Shown: in pieces, positions 10,633 through 20,802 of the stretch
How the letters are laid out: each line of letters begins with the position of its first letter
Numbering within the stretch: position 1 is the first letter of the stretch
NCBI GenBank assembly: GCA_963674755.2
Contig: CAXXVS010000001.1
Span: 672,001 to 736,000 of the forward strand
DNA: 64,000 nucleotides
Source of the DNA: Desulfobacterales bacterium
GTDB taxonomy: Bacteria; Desulfobacterota; Desulfobacteria; Desulfobacterales; UBA5852
Direction of reading: 5' to 3'
Notes under the pieces: generated by a model
What the model saw: the letters and a program-made list of their open reading frames with translations, nothing else
Told to the model about the DNA's origin: nothing
The model's database searches: none
Position numbers and translations under genes: made by a program

Positions 10633-12150
10633 CTAAAATGAGATCGGTAGATCTGATTTTTCTTTGGACGGATTTAAAATATATAACTCACAAATTTTCC
10701 GGTAATGGTAACCGTAGATCGAGAGCGTTATGGCAACGGGCATCATGCTGCGCTTGCGTATCAGGGTCCAGACCATCAGTTGCCAGTATTGCAACCGCTC
10801 TTTTCCTAAAAACCCGATCCGGAAAGCAGCGCGAAAAAATGAAAGGAATCGCTGCATACTGAGCGGTTGTGTGACTTTCGGAGCCTTTAATTCTCTCAAT
10901 AAGGTCCTGACCCGACGGTAGTAGTTTTTAGGCGCATAAATCGTTTCCATAATCGATTGATACCCTGCGCTAAGCCGGTCGATGCCCATGCGGGGGATGA
11001 TATTGGTCGTTCCGTCGACATTGTCTCCGCTAAAGCTGTCCGCAACGCGGCGCTCCTGCCGGAGCCGTTCAAAAAGGCGTGTTCCCGGCGGGGCCTGAAG
11101 CATGCCGACCATGGCCGTGACGATGCCGCTTTTTTGAATGAAATCGATCTGTCGTTGAAAGATCGAAGGCGTGTCGTTGTCGAAACCCACGATGAAGCCG
11201 CCCATCACCTGCAACCCGGACCGGTGTATGCGTTTCACATCGGTCAGCAAATCCCGGTTGGTATTGTGGGTCTTGCGGCACTCCGCGAGACTGACCTCAT
11301 CGGGGGACTCGATGCCGATAAAAACGGAATCGAAGCCGGCTTTGACCATCATGTCCATGAGGTCGGTGTCGTCGGCAATATTGATGGAGGCTTCCGTTAA
11401 AAAGACGCAGCCCGTTTTATTTCGGCGCCATTCGATCAGGGCGGGGAGTAAATAGGTTTTAAGGTAACCCTTATTGCCAATAAAATTGTCGTCGACGAAA
11501 AAGATGCTGCTGCGCCAACCGGTGGCATAAATGCGATCCAGCTCAGCAATGACCTGTTCCGGTGTCTTCATCCGCGGACGGTGGCCGAATAATTCCGTTA
11601 CATTGCAGAATTCGCAGTTGAAAGGACACCCCCGGGAGAATTGAATGCTCATGGCAGCATATCGTCTCGTATCGGCCAGATCCCACGCGGGTGCCGGAGT
11701 GTCGCCGATATCGCAGAAAGCCGGCGCCCTGTAGATCTTTTGGGGATGATCGTGTTGCAAATCCGACAAAAAAGCGGGGAGGGTCACTTCCGCTTCATCG
11801 AGAACGAGATGGTCGACGTCACCGAATTGATCCGGTTCAGCGGTAAAAAGCGGCCCGCCGGCAACGACGGGCAAATTTGCGGCCCTGCAGCTGGCAATAA
11901 CCGCTTTGGCCGAATTCCGCTGGACCGCCATGCCGCTGATAAACGCCATATCCGCCCATGCAAGATCTTTATCCGTGAGGGTATTCACGTTCAGGTCCAC
12001 AAGACGCGTGGCCCAACTGGCGGGCAGGAGAGAGGCGACGGTAAGCAACCCCAGCGGCGGGAAAGCCGCTTTCTTGCCGATAAAGCTTAACGCGTAGGAA
12101 AAGGACCAAAACGTTTCGGGGAACCTGGGGTATACGAGGAGAATATTCAT
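10633..12150 (-). CDS. B12-binding radical SAM protein (DUF4070-type)
   Basis: PPLGLLTVA cobalamin-binding N-terminus; CPFNCEFC motif. Confidence 0.9.
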   Translation of the reverse strand: MNILLVYPRFPETFWSFSYALSFIGKKAAFPPLGLLTVASLLPASWATRLVDLNVNTLTDKDLAWADMAFISGMAVQRNSAKAVIASCRAANLPVVAGGPLFTAEPDQFGDVDHLVLDEAEVTLPAFLSDLQHDHPQKIYRAPAFCDIGDTPAPAWDLADTRRYAAMSIQFSRGCPFNCEFCNVTELFGHRPRMKTPEQVIAELDRIYATGWRSSIFFVDDNFIGNKGYLKTYLLPALIEWRRNKTGCVFLTEASINIADDTDLMDMMVKAGFDSVFIGIESPDEVSLAECRKTHNTNRDLLTDVKRIHRSGLQVMGGFIVGFDNDTPSIFQRQIDFIQKSGIVTAMVGMLQAPPGTRLFERLRQERRVADSFSGDNVDGTTNIIPRMGIDRLSAGYQSIMETIYAPKNYYRRVRTLLRELKAPKVTQPLSMQRFLSFFRAAFRIGFLGKERLQYWQLMVWTLIRKRSMMPVAITLSIYGYHYRKICELYILNPSKEKSDLPISF

Positions 12151-12233
12151 GGGTGAACCTCCTTGCCGAGAAGCATTTCGGATCCAAAATCAACCTGGCG
12201 GCCGAATAAAAATGGCGCGGTGTTATCGTGCAT

Positions 12234-12683
12234 TCATTTCACTATCGTTCCGACAAAAGAATAATCTCTTACCGTATCGGTCAGCCAACCCGTTTTCCGC
12301 CACTGGTACTTCACGATGATGGAATCGCCACTAACGATGCCACGCCAGTCAATCGTCCCTTGCTCCGGGCTCACCGTAACCGCTTCGAAATGGATGCCAT
12401 CTTGTTTGACGACGGCCGTATACACCCCTTTGGCAAACCCTCTGCGCGCGTAGATCCTTGAGTGCAATTTGCCGTCTATAAATTTGATTTCTTCTTCTTT
12501 TGCATTGCTGATGTGGTTTTCGATAGATCGTCCTATAAAAACCTTATCGTCCAGAAGACCTTCTTGAGCGAAAACAACCGGAGTGGCCCAAAGTGTGAAC
12601 AGGAGAATGGGCAGAAGGTATGTAGGGGCAATGTCGAATAACGTTCTCATGATAAATGCCTTTACCTTGATCACCAGAGGCAA
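12234..12683 (-). CDS. hypothetical exported protein
   Basis: Signal-peptide-like stretch ending VFA-Q; beta-rich mature part. Confidence 0.55.
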   Translation of the reverse strand: MPLVIKVKAFIMRTLFDIAPTYLLPILLFTLWATPVVFAQEGLLDDKVFIGRSIENHISNAKEEEIKFIDGKLHSRIYARRGFAKGVYTAVVKQDGIHFEAVTVSPEQGTIDWRGIVSGDSIIVKYQWRKTGWLTDTVRDYSFVGTIVK

Positions 12684-12810
12684 AAAAACCGTGCCATAGC
12701 AAAACGGCCCTCAGCGGTATTCTCTTCGCAAACCACACAGCCGGCCGTTGAGGGGGCGATGCAACGCAGCGATCAATGAATGGACTGCGCTTGCACGTGC
12801 GGTTGCCTTT

Positions 12811-13143
12811 CTAGTGCATGCTGCCGCTGCGAGCGGCCTCGATGGCCTCCATACCCTCCGACTGGGAAACCGTGTGAATCTGGATTTGAATTGGTGTGTC
12901 CAGGAGGGATTTCGTTCCAAGCAGAGCCCCAAAGCGATGTGACATGACGTGATGATTCAAATCTTCACGGGTTTCCCACTCTCCCAGCATGCTGAAGCGA
13001 TTCTTGTCTTCGATGTCGCAGAAAACAGCGTAGCTGAGGCAACCCGCTTCTTTACCCACCGGCGCGACCATGGAGAGGAGGGTTTGCGTAACCTCCAGTT
13101 GCTTTTCCGGAAGGACATCTAAAGTGACGCGAAGGACGATCAT
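12811..13143 (-). CDS. antibiotic biosynthesis monooxygenase (ABM) family protein
   Basis: EAGCLSY...EWETREDLNHH pattern; start at MIVLRV. Confidence 0.8.
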   Translation of the reverse strand: MIVLRVTLDVLPEKQLEVTQTLLSMVAPVGKEAGCLSYAVFCDIEDKNRFSMLGEWETREDLNHHVMSHRFGALLGTKSLLDTPIQIQIHTVSQSEGMEAIEAARSGSMH

Positions 13144-13177
13144 TTGGGAACCTCTCTGCAATCCCACGGCACTCTGA

Positions 13178-13408
13178 TTATTCCAAGATTTCGAGTACCG
13201 CGCGTTTTTTGGATTTGGCCGAGACAGCACTCAGCAGGACCCTCAGGGCACCCACCGTCCGGCCTTGTTTGCCGATAACCTTACCGATATCGCCCTTGGC
13301 AACTTTCAACTCCATAATTGCCGTATGCGGCCCTTCAATTTCCTTTACGGATACGTTTTCCGGTTCATCCACCAAGGCTTGCGCAATAAGTTCAATCATC
13401 TCTTTCAT
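13178..13408 (-). CDS. khpA: KH-domain RNA-binding protein (KhpA family)
   Basis: MKEMIELIAQALVDEPE...GKVIGKQGRT...LEILE; GxxG loop. Confidence 0.88.
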   Translation of the reverse strand: MKEMIELIAQALVDEPENVSVKEIEGPHTAIMELKVAKGDIGKVIGKQGRTVGALRVLLSAVSAKSKKRAVLEILE

Positions 13409-13775
13409 GGCATCTCTCCCGCTGAAATGTAATGGCGAATGGTGTGCTGACGGTTGTCCACGCATTCATGATTTAAAAGGAAAAGGCCAACCATTGGCTT
13501 TCAAGGCCGGTCCAGGCGCGCTTTGTCGGTCTACTGGGCACCCGATACGCCATTTCAAAATTGAGGTTTTCGATCGAGATCAAGGCGCGGCCGAGACATC
13601 CCGCAGAGCGGGACTTCCTATCTGACTTTTTTCATTTCACTGCCTCCTGAAGACAGAATTCTACACCTCCGCTGCCTCTGGTCGCCGATAATTCGGACAT
13701 CCGCGATGCTGAGGCAAACCGCCGGGGCTCATCATTTATGCAGACGTGGCCCTTTTCCGGATACATCTTGCCTAC

Positions 13776-13790
13776 TCAAGAATCATGCCT
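13776..13790 (-). promoter_or_regulatory. sigma54-type -24/-12 promoter 1
   Basis: Minus strand AGGCAT-GATTC-TTGA; 103 bp from tandem palindrome 1. Confidence 0.6.
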
Positions 13791-13883
13791 GAGTGTCCAT
13801 GCCATGCGATATAAGACTTAACCTATTGAATAATCGTGGATATTTAAAATTGCAGCGCGGTGTGGCGGGTGGTAAACGGACGT

Positions 13884-14717
13884 TTAATCGGGGTCATATA
13901 TGACCGGTGGCCATATATGACCTCCTTTGCGGGACATAATATTGAAAAGGTTCGCACGCCAGCGCGCCATGGCGGATGCTTCAGCGACAACCAGGTTCTC
14001 ACGGCCGATGTAAAAACGCGCTGTTTGCGGATTGAGATCCAAACCCTGTCCCCGCATCAGTGCCGGTACACTCTCCAAGGTAAGGTTTTCCATGAAGCCA
14101 TAGCAAACCCTGACGCGATGAAACCCCCCGCCCAATTTTGCGGTGTGGATCTTTTCGAGATTAGGAACCCGCGGAATGTCTTCCACCTGAAAATTCAGCA
14201 ATATCGTCCGGCTGTGAATGACTTTGTTGGGCTTGGCGTTTTTTTGCCAGGGCCACGGGCGCGACATTTTTATTTCACGATAAATAAATCGCATCCCCTT
14301 CGATTTTGTTTGGTGGGTGGCCGGCCAGATCGACGATAAATTGATGCGCCGGCGGCATGATCTTGCGCAACTTGGCCGCCAAAACCCGGCGTCCCTTAGC
14401 CCAAGTGAGCATCAATGAAAAAATGTAGCCCCGATAACCTGCGGAAACCAGGCGCCATGAAAAATTTTGCTGATGTTGACCGCAAAAAAAGACACGTCCA
14501 CCAGTAAAAAGAGACCTGCCAGCGGTGCGGCCCATATCAAAGGCCAATGCCACTGTCTAAGGATTTCCAAAACATTGGCATGACTCACATCGATACCGTA
14601 CTGACCGTGGAAGCACTCCCGAATGGCATATATCGGGCTGGTGCTGATATCCCCAAAAACGACCCCCAGGGCGGCCAGTGAAAGCCGCGCCAGTCGGCTT
14701 TTCGGTTTACGTGGCAC
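13884..14717 (-). pseudogene. kup: Kup potassium transporter remnant (internally deleted, frameshifted)
   Basis: LAALGVVFGDISTSPIYA N-terminus; FFAVNISKIFHGAWFP, FYIGRE and WRANLF segments in different frames. Confidence 0.85.
13892..13922. promoter_or_regulatory. tandem palindromic operator/UAS 1
   Basis: GGTCATATATGACC-GGT-GGCCATATATGACC. Confidence 0.8.
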
Positions 14718-14782
14718 GCCCTGACGTTTAAGTTTTTCTGGGGCCGTTTCTTATGTCCCTGCCGTAGGCATGGTCATCGGCG

Positions 14783-16237
14783 TTATTCCTGCGGCTGCAA
14801 TACGGAACCGGCATAAAATACCGGGCACTGCTCACCCTGAAGAAATTCCCACCCCTCCTTCAGCGGGTTCATCACGGATCCGGCAATCGACGCAAAGATA
14901 CTTTGCTTCGCGATCTGCGGGTCACGGAAGGGCCCCTTCACTTCCTCGCTGTAAACGGCACACCCGCGTTTATCGAGGACCGCTACGGTAACGTCCTCAA
15001 ACCGCTCGGTGATGAAATTCAATCCCCCTGTCATGGCGATCCTCTGGTGTTTTGTGGCAAAGGCCACATCGCGCGCCCCGGCAATGCCATTTTCGACCTT
15101 CCAGACCGAAACAAGTTTTCGGACGACCCCCTTACCGCCCTGCGATTCTTCGTACAGGCGTGCAAAATTGTAGCTCTTGGTGAGTACGGGTCCGATGGGG
15201 CCCGCGAGCAGGAAGGCCGCCAAATCCACGAGGTTAAAGTTCTGGCTTTTTTCGTTTTTCATGATCAGCGCATCGATATCCATCTTGTAGAGCATCAGGT
15301 TCTCCCCGTTCAAGGAAAGGTCGCCGTTAAGCGATCGCCTGACCTCATCGGCGCTCTTGCCCATTGCCGTCAGGTCCGCGGAAAGATTGATCGGCCCTTC
15401 TATGGTTTTCGGGGGTATTTTGTTGCGTGCGTAGAGATCAAGAAGTTCTTCGATGGGGACCTCATCAAGATTGCCGATGAATCTGTATTGAGGCGACGGC
15501 CCCGTTAGGTCCGCATGAAGGCTTCCGCTTCCGGTCCCACCGGCGATGTTCATACCGAACGGGTTGATATCGAATATTCCCTTTTCACTGATTGCGTGCA
15601 TCGCAAGGTTCATCAGGGTCACGTCATTGATCCTGAGCATCTTGCATTTGATGTCCCCGGTTAAGGAGGTCTTCTTGAATGGTTCAGCACTGTTCATTCC
15701 GCCGGGCATTGTAAATTTTAGGCTCAAGTCAATGTCACCGGCTATGATTTTCTGGCCGGAGACCTCATCGTCATAAACAAGGCTCCCCTGAAAGACGGAA
15801 AACCTTTTCATCGCAAGCAGTCTTCCCCACGCTGGGTGCACCGGAGGTTTTATATTCAACAGCCCGTCAGCGGACCGGAGGATGGAAATGACCGGCTTGT
15901 AAAGGCCGATCTGGATGATTTCAATGTCGAAGCTTGCAAGCGCCAAAGCCTTCAGCGCGATTTTCATTTTCTCAATCGTTGCGACATTCAATCCGTTGTT
16001 CCGCACGCTAACGTCCTTCAGCGACAGACCGAAAACCGGAAAAAGAGAAATGTCCATCTTCCCCTTTATGCGGGCATCCATTCCCAGAGCGGTTGACAGG
16101 GCCGCCTCGACTTGCGGCGCAAAGGCGCTGATATTGTATCGGAGAGGGAGCATACCAGCGACGGCCACAATCGCCGTGACACCCGTAATAAGCAGGAATT
16201 TTTTAGTTCGGTTAGCCATCCGCAGTGATTTTCTCAA
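14783..16237 (-). CDS. AsmA-family protein
   Basis: N-terminal anchor, SLFPVFGLSLKDVSV, C-terminal V-KGPFRDPQI. Confidence 0.75.
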   Translation of the reverse strand: MRKSLRMANRTKKFLLITGVTAIVAVAGMLPLRYNISAFAPQVEAALSTALGMDARIKGKMDISLFPVFGLSLKDVSVRNNGLNVATIEKMKIALKALALASFDIEIIQIGLYKPVISILRSADGLLNIKPPVHPAWGRLLAMKRFSVFQGSLVYDDEVSGQKIIAGDIDLSLKFTMPGGMNSAEPFKKTSLTGDIKCKMLRINDVTLMNLAMHAISEKGIFDINPFGMNIAGGTGSGSLHADLTGPSPQYRFIGNLDEVPIEELLDLYARNKIPPKTIEGPINLSADLTAMGKSADEVRRSLNGDLSLNGENLMLYKMDIDALIMKNEKSQNFNLVDLAAFLLAGPIGPVLTKSYNFARLYEESQGGKGVVRKLVSVWKVENGIAGARDVAFATKHQRIAMTGGLNFITERFEDVTVAVLDKRGCAVYSEEVKGPFRDPQIAKQSIFASIAGSVMNPLKEGWEFLQGEQCPVFYAGSVLQPQE

Positions 16238-16244
16238 TCGTCAT

Positions 16245-16339
16245 TTAGGGCTCCAAATCCTTTTTTCTTTGATCGAATTCTTCTTTGTCGATTTCACCGT
16301 TTGCATAACGTCTCTTCAAAATATCTTGGGCGTTTCAAC
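16245..16339 (-). pseudogene. SHOCT-domain protein remnant
   Basis: Manual translation gives ..DILKRRYANGEIDKEEFDQRKKDLEP*; the preceding VETP is in another frame. Confidence 0.6.
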
Positions 16340-16411
16340 GGTTTAAATTTGACGGATGGTTAGCTCTGGGCTTTGCAGGAGGTTCGGATGTACTGAACGG
16401 CGAATGAAGCT

Positions 16412-17068
16412 TCAGGCCGCATACCACAGCACGAGAAAGTAATGACATGTGGTGCCGGTGATCACGAATAGATGCCAGATAAAATGGCCGTATGACATTC
16501 GCGAATCGGCTGCAAAAAATGCCACGCCGACGGTGTAGGACAAGCCTCCCGCAATCAATAAGAACAGGCCCGCCGTCGGCATGCTGGCAAGCAGCGGTTT
16601 TATCGTTATCAGGGCCAGCCACCCCATCACCAGATATAGGACGGTCGATAAAATGGGATGTGAGGCCTTATAGATGGTTTTCAACGTTATTCCGGCGATA
16701 GCCAACCCCCAAACCATTCCGAAGAGCGTCCAGCCGAATGGGCCGCGAAGTATGCCAAGCGTTAACGGGGTGTACGTGCCGGCGATAAGAATATAGATCG
16801 CGGAATGCTCGATGATTCGAAAGCAGCGCTTGACCTTGCCGACTGGCCACGCATGATAGAGGGTGGAAGCGAGGTAAAGAAGGATCATGGAGGCGGCGAA
16901 GACAATCGTGCCGACAATGAATCCGGCATCCCCATGGCGCACCGCATGACGGATGAGAAATGGCGTTCCGATGAGTGCGCCGAGCAGCCCTAAGCCGTGG
17001 CTGATACTGTTGGCGATCTCTTCGCCTTGGGACTGCATTTGCTTCAGGTTTGAAAGGATCAATTGCAC
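16412..17068 (-). CDS. hemolysin III / PAQR-family membrane protein
   Basis: EEIANSISHG, STLYH, EHSAIYILIAGTYTP, HFIWHLFV. Confidence 0.92.
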   Translation of the reverse strand: MQLILSNLKQMQSQGEEIANSISHGLGLLGALIGTPFLIRHAVRHGDAGFIVGTIVFAASMILLYLASTLYHAWPVGKVKRCFRIIEHSAIYILIAGTYTPLTLGILRGPFGWTLFGMVWGLAIAGITLKTIYKASHPILSTVLYLVMGWLALITIKPLLASMPTAGLFLLIAGGLSYTVGVAFFAADSRMSYGHFIWHLFVITGTTCHYFLVLWYAA

Positions 17069-17148
17069 GTTGCTTCACGCTCCCTTCATCGCAGACTGCG
17101 CCGGCTCGGCTTCACGGGGCGTGCTTTGTCATCCACAAAACGGCCCCT

Positions 17149-19866
17149 TTATACAGCCGTTTTTTCGGCGATGCCCGGCGATGTTTCCGAAGCGGATCGC
17201 TTTCCTTCGAAATGGATGACCAGTCGATTGTCCCCGGCGTCGAGGTCTTTTTTGGCCTCAAACCCCAGCTTTTTCCCCAACGCGAGCATGTTCCTATTCT
17301 CTTGTAATACGATGCCGTGAACCGTTTTGAATCCCTGCTTCTCGGCAATTGAGAGGCATTTTTCCAACAGGTTGCCCCCGATGCCCTGGCCTTGCCAGGC
17401 ATCCCCCACCAGAACGGCGAATTCACCCGTCCTGCCATCCGCGTCGCCGATGATTCGGGCAACCCCCAGCATGGTGTCGGTTTCCGATTCTTCATCGATG
17501 GCCACCAGGGCAATCTCCCGGTCGTAATCGATCTGGGTGAAGCGGGCCAGCATCTCGGGATTCAGCTCTTTTAGCGTGCCGAAGAAACGATAGTAAATCG
17601 TGGTGGGCGAAAGCGACTTGAACAACGCCGTGAAAAGGGGGGCGTCCTCGGGTTTGACGGGCCGGACAAAAATGCGGTGCCCGTCGACGCTGACCATATG
17701 GGACTCATCCTCCTCCGGATAGGGGCCGATCACCAGATGCAGGGAGGAGGGCACCGCCAGCGGTGCAACGTGGATGCGGGCATCCACCGCGACGGGTTTG
17801 CCATCCTTGATCAGAACGGGATTCATGTCCAGTTCGGCGATGGTGGGGAAATCGATCAATAATTGGGAGAGCCGGATGATCATTTCTTCGAGTATCTGCA
17901 TGTCCGCAGCGGGGCGGCTGCGGTAGCCTTGCAACAGGGCGTAGGCTTTGGTCTCCTGCATCAGCCTGCGGGCCAGCAAGCGGTTCATGGGTGGAAGCCC
18001 CAGGGACCGGTCTTTTAGCACTTCCGTGTAAATGCCGCCCATGCCGAACAGGATGACGGGGCCAAAATTGGGATCGCGCTTGGCACCCAGCAGAATTTCA
18101 TAATCCGGGTTTGAAAAGTAGGGCTGAAGGGTAACGCCCTCGATCCGGGCATCGGGTTTGTATTGGCGGGCCGATGATAGGATTTGACGGTAAGCCTCGC
18201 CAACATCCGCATCGCCACGCAGGTCCAGACGAACACCGCCGGCATCGGTTTTATGGCTGATGTCCGGTGAGTGCAGTTTCATGACCATCGGGTATCCCAT
18301 TTCCCCGGCGATCTGCACGGCTTGGGCCTCGGTCGTGGCGATTTGCGTCTTGATCATGGGCAGGCCGTAGGCCGTGAGAATTGCGTTGGAATCCGATTCC
18401 GACACAACTCCCTGGTCCGCCGTACCGGCGATCAGCCGGCGGGCCTTTTCCTGATCGAAGGCCATGTCCCCGGCTATTTTCGGTGGGACTTCCAACAGCA
18501 TTTCGAGGTTTCGGGCATATTCGACCATATACAAAAATGCCCGGACCGCCCGTTCCGGTGTGTCATAGGTCGGGATTCCCGCGTCATTCAACACGTCCAC
18601 GGCCGTGGCGATGCGCTTGCCGCCCATCCAGCAGGCAAATACCGGAAACCGGCGATCCTGGATCGCAGCGGCCAGCGTTTCGGCTACGGAAAGGGGGTCG
18701 GTAAGGGCCTGGGGCGCAAGGATGACCAGCACACCGTCCAGGTTCTTCGCGTTGAAGCAGATCGCCAGAGCGCGGTCGAACCGCACCGCGGAGGCGTCGC
18801 CGAGGATGTCGATGGGGTTGCCCCGGCTCCAGAAGTCCGGCAGGAAGGCATCGAAGGCCTGTACCGTTTCAGAGTCAAGGGGTGCCGGCTCCTGACCATA
18901 GCGGGCGAGGGTGTCGGTGGCCATCACACCCGGTCCGCCGCCATTGGTGAGGATCGCCAACCGGGGGCCGCGTGGTCGCGGCTGCTTGGCCATCAGCTCC
19001 GCGCAGTCGAAGAGTTCTTCGATGGTGTCCACGCGCACGATGCCGGCGCGCTTGAAGGCGGCGTCATAGACGGCATCTTCTCCGGCCATGGCACCCGTGT
19101 GCGAGGCCGCGGCCCTCGCACCGGCGGGACTTCTACCGGATTTGAGCACGATGATGGGTTTAATCCGGGACACGGAACGTGCGGCGCTCATGAATTTGCG
19201 GAAATTCGTCAGATTTTCGATATACAATAGAATGCTTTTGGCCGAGGGGTCATTGCCGAGATAATCGATCATGTCTCCGAAATCGACATCCAGCATGGAG
19301 CCGATGCTGACAAAATGACTAAAGCCGATGCGTTCCTTCAACGCCAGATCGAGAATCGCCGTGCAGATGGCGCCGCTCTGGGACACAAAAGCCAGATTTC
19401 CGGCTACGGGCATCTCGGCGGCAAAGCTGGCGTTGAGGTTCACGCCTGGACGAATAATGCCCATGCAGTTCGGTCCTACGATGCGAAGTCCGCCGTCCTT
19501 TGCGATGTGCCGAATCTTTTCCTCTATCTTCCGGCCCGCTTCACCGACCTCCTTGCCCCCCGCCGAAATGATAACGGCGCCGCCGACCTTTTTTTCGACG
19601 CATTCTCCGACGATATCGGCCACGCTGGGCATCGGTGTGGCGATAATCGCCAGGTCCACGCCCGTCTCCAAGGCGGAAACCGATGCGACGCAGGCCTGCC
19701 CGTGGCTGATTTGGTAGTTGGGATTGACCGGCCGCACGGTTCCGGAAAACCGGCCGCCGACAAGATTTTTCATCAACGCATTGCCGATGGTGCCTGTCTT
19801 TTCGCTGGCGCCCACCACCGCGACCTGGCGCGGGTTAAAGATGCGTTTCAGGTTGAATTGGGCCAT
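17149..19866 (-). CDS. acetate-CoA ligase-like / GNAT protein lysine acetyltransferase (Pat/YfiQ type)
   Basis: CoA-binding domain, SHTGAMAG, ATP-grasp and C-terminal GNAT (QGQGIG). Confidence 0.9.
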   Translation of the reverse strand: MAQFNLKRIFNPRQVAVVGASEKTGTIGNALMKNLVGGRFSGTVRPVNPNYQISHGQACVASVSALETGVDLAIIATPMPSVADIVGECVEKKVGGAVIISAGGKEVGEAGRKIEEKIRHIAKDGGLRIVGPNCMGIIRPGVNLNASFAAEMPVAGNLAFVSQSGAICTAILDLALKERIGFSHFVSIGSMLDVDFGDMIDYLGNDPSAKSILLYIENLTNFRKFMSAARSVSRIKPIIVLKSGRSPAGARAAASHTGAMAGEDAVYDAAFKRAGIVRVDTIEELFDCAELMAKQPRPRGPRLAILTNGGGPGVMATDTLARYGQEPAPLDSETVQAFDAFLPDFWSRGNPIDILGDASAVRFDRALAICFNAKNLDGVLVILAPQALTDPLSVAETLAAAIQDRRFPVFACWMGGKRIATAVDVLNDAGIPTYDTPERAVRAFLYMVEYARNLEMLLEVPPKIAGDMAFDQEKARRLIAGTADQGVVSESDSNAILTAYGLPMIKTQIATTEAQAVQIAGEMGYPMVMKLHSPDISHKTDAGGVRLDLRGDADVGEAYRQILSSARQYKPDARIEGVTLQPYFSNPDYEILLGAKRDPNFGPVILFGMGGIYTEVLKDRSLGLPPMNRLLARRLMQETKAYALLQGYRSRPAADMQILEEMIIRLSQLLIDFPTIAELDMNPVLIKDGKPVAVDARIHVAPLAVPSSLHLVIGPYPEEDESHMVSVDGHRIFVRPVKPEDAPLFTALFKSLSPTTIYYRFFGTLKELNPEMLARFTQIDYDREIALVAIDEESETDTMLGVARIIGDADGRTGEFAVLVGDAWQGQGIGGNLLEKCLSIAEKQGFKTVHGIVLQENRNMLALGKKLGFEAKKDLDAGDNRLVIHFEGKRSASETSPGIAEKTAV

Positions 19867-19898
19867 TTTGTATCCTTGTCCGGCGAAGGGTCAACGGG

Positions 19899-20048
19899 TC
19901 ACACCCGTCTTCGTCCTTGAAACACTTGAAAAAGCAACACAATGATGGCGATCACCAGCAGGGCATGAATGACGCCGCCCATGGTGGTGCCGGTCAATAA
20001 TCCCAATCCCCACAGAACAAGAAGAATAACAAATAGTGTCCAAAGCAT
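19899..20048 (-). CDS. lmo0937-family small membrane protein (49 aa, not in ORF track)
   Basis: Manual translation MLWTLFVILLVLWGLGLLTGTTMGGVIHALLVIAIIVLLFQVFQGRRRV*; AAGGAG RBS. Confidence 0.85.
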   Translation of the reverse strand: MLWTLFVILLVLWGLGLLTGTTMGGVIHALLVIAIIVLLFQVFQGRRRV

Positions 20049-20098
20049 GGTGGACTCCTTTCCAAAACCGTCAAATTGCCTTTGACATGCGTCTATGT

Positions 20099-20278
20099 TT
20101 ACTTCCCAACGACTTCCTTGATCTCGCCGATCTTTTCCTGAACTTTCCCGTCAACATTTTCGGCTTGACCATCGGCTTCCAGGTCGCGGTTCCCGACTAC
20201 TTTCCCGGCGACCTGCTTGATCTTGCCCTTCACTTTGTGCCACTTGCCTTCGGCTTCGTCCCTTGTACTTGATTTCAT
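20099..20278 (-). CDS. csbD: CsbD-family general stress protein
   Basis: EGKWHKVKGKIKQVAGKVVGNRDLEADG...GKVQEKIG. Confidence 0.9.
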   Translation of the reverse strand: MKSSTRDEAEGKWHKVKGKIKQVAGKVVGNRDLEADGQAENVDGKVQEKIGEIKEVVGK

Positions 20279-20374
20279 GGTGGTCTCCCTTTGGATTAGG
20301 GACCCTGGCAAACACGAATGGCTTTGCCGGTCCGGCGGTTATCTTCGCACCGCTATATACGACGACTTATTACT

Positions 20375-20389
20375 TCAATCTTTGTGCCA
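20375..20389 (-). promoter_or_regulatory. sigma54-type -24/-12 promoter 2
   Basis: Minus strand TGGCAC-AAAGA-TTGA; 103 bp from palindrome 2; upstream of csbD. Confidence 0.75.
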
Positions 20390-20490
20390 GGTTTCCGAAC
20401 CGCAGCGCAATGTCACCCATTGTGCTGATTCTTAAGCGCAACTTGTTTGAATGGCATTTACAGAGCGGTCAAGGACCGCCTCATTAAAGA

Positions 20491-20521
20491 GGTCATATCT
20501 GACCGGTGGTCATATTTGGCC
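20491..20521. promoter_or_regulatory. tandem palindromic operator/UAS 2
   Basis: GGTCATATCTGACC-GGT-GGTCATATTTGGCC. Confidence 0.8.
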
Positions 20522-20802
20522 CCTCTTGGCGGTCCCCCAAGTGCCCTTGGTGGCAGTGATATAGGCGGGATTTTTATTGATTCAGTCGTTTATGCGCCTC
20601 GGCTTGGCTGCGGCCGTCCGGCGACGTACCGGGTTCGCCAGCCGGTCCGACATGGGCAGGGATTTTTAAGTCGTTCTTCCCATGGGGTTTCGATCCTGGT
20701 TTGGGATAGGGGGCCTCAGGCAATCGGCGATGGGGTAGGTCTCTTGTGGGGAATGAATCGAAAGCACACTTGCCCGGGTTTTCCCGGGAATCCTATTCGG
20801 AC

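Noticed and set aside
12680..12696. Fifth sigma54 promoter (TGGCACGGTTTTTTTGC)
   Set aside because: The GG-GC spacing is 2 bp too long and no tandem palindrome lies upstream.
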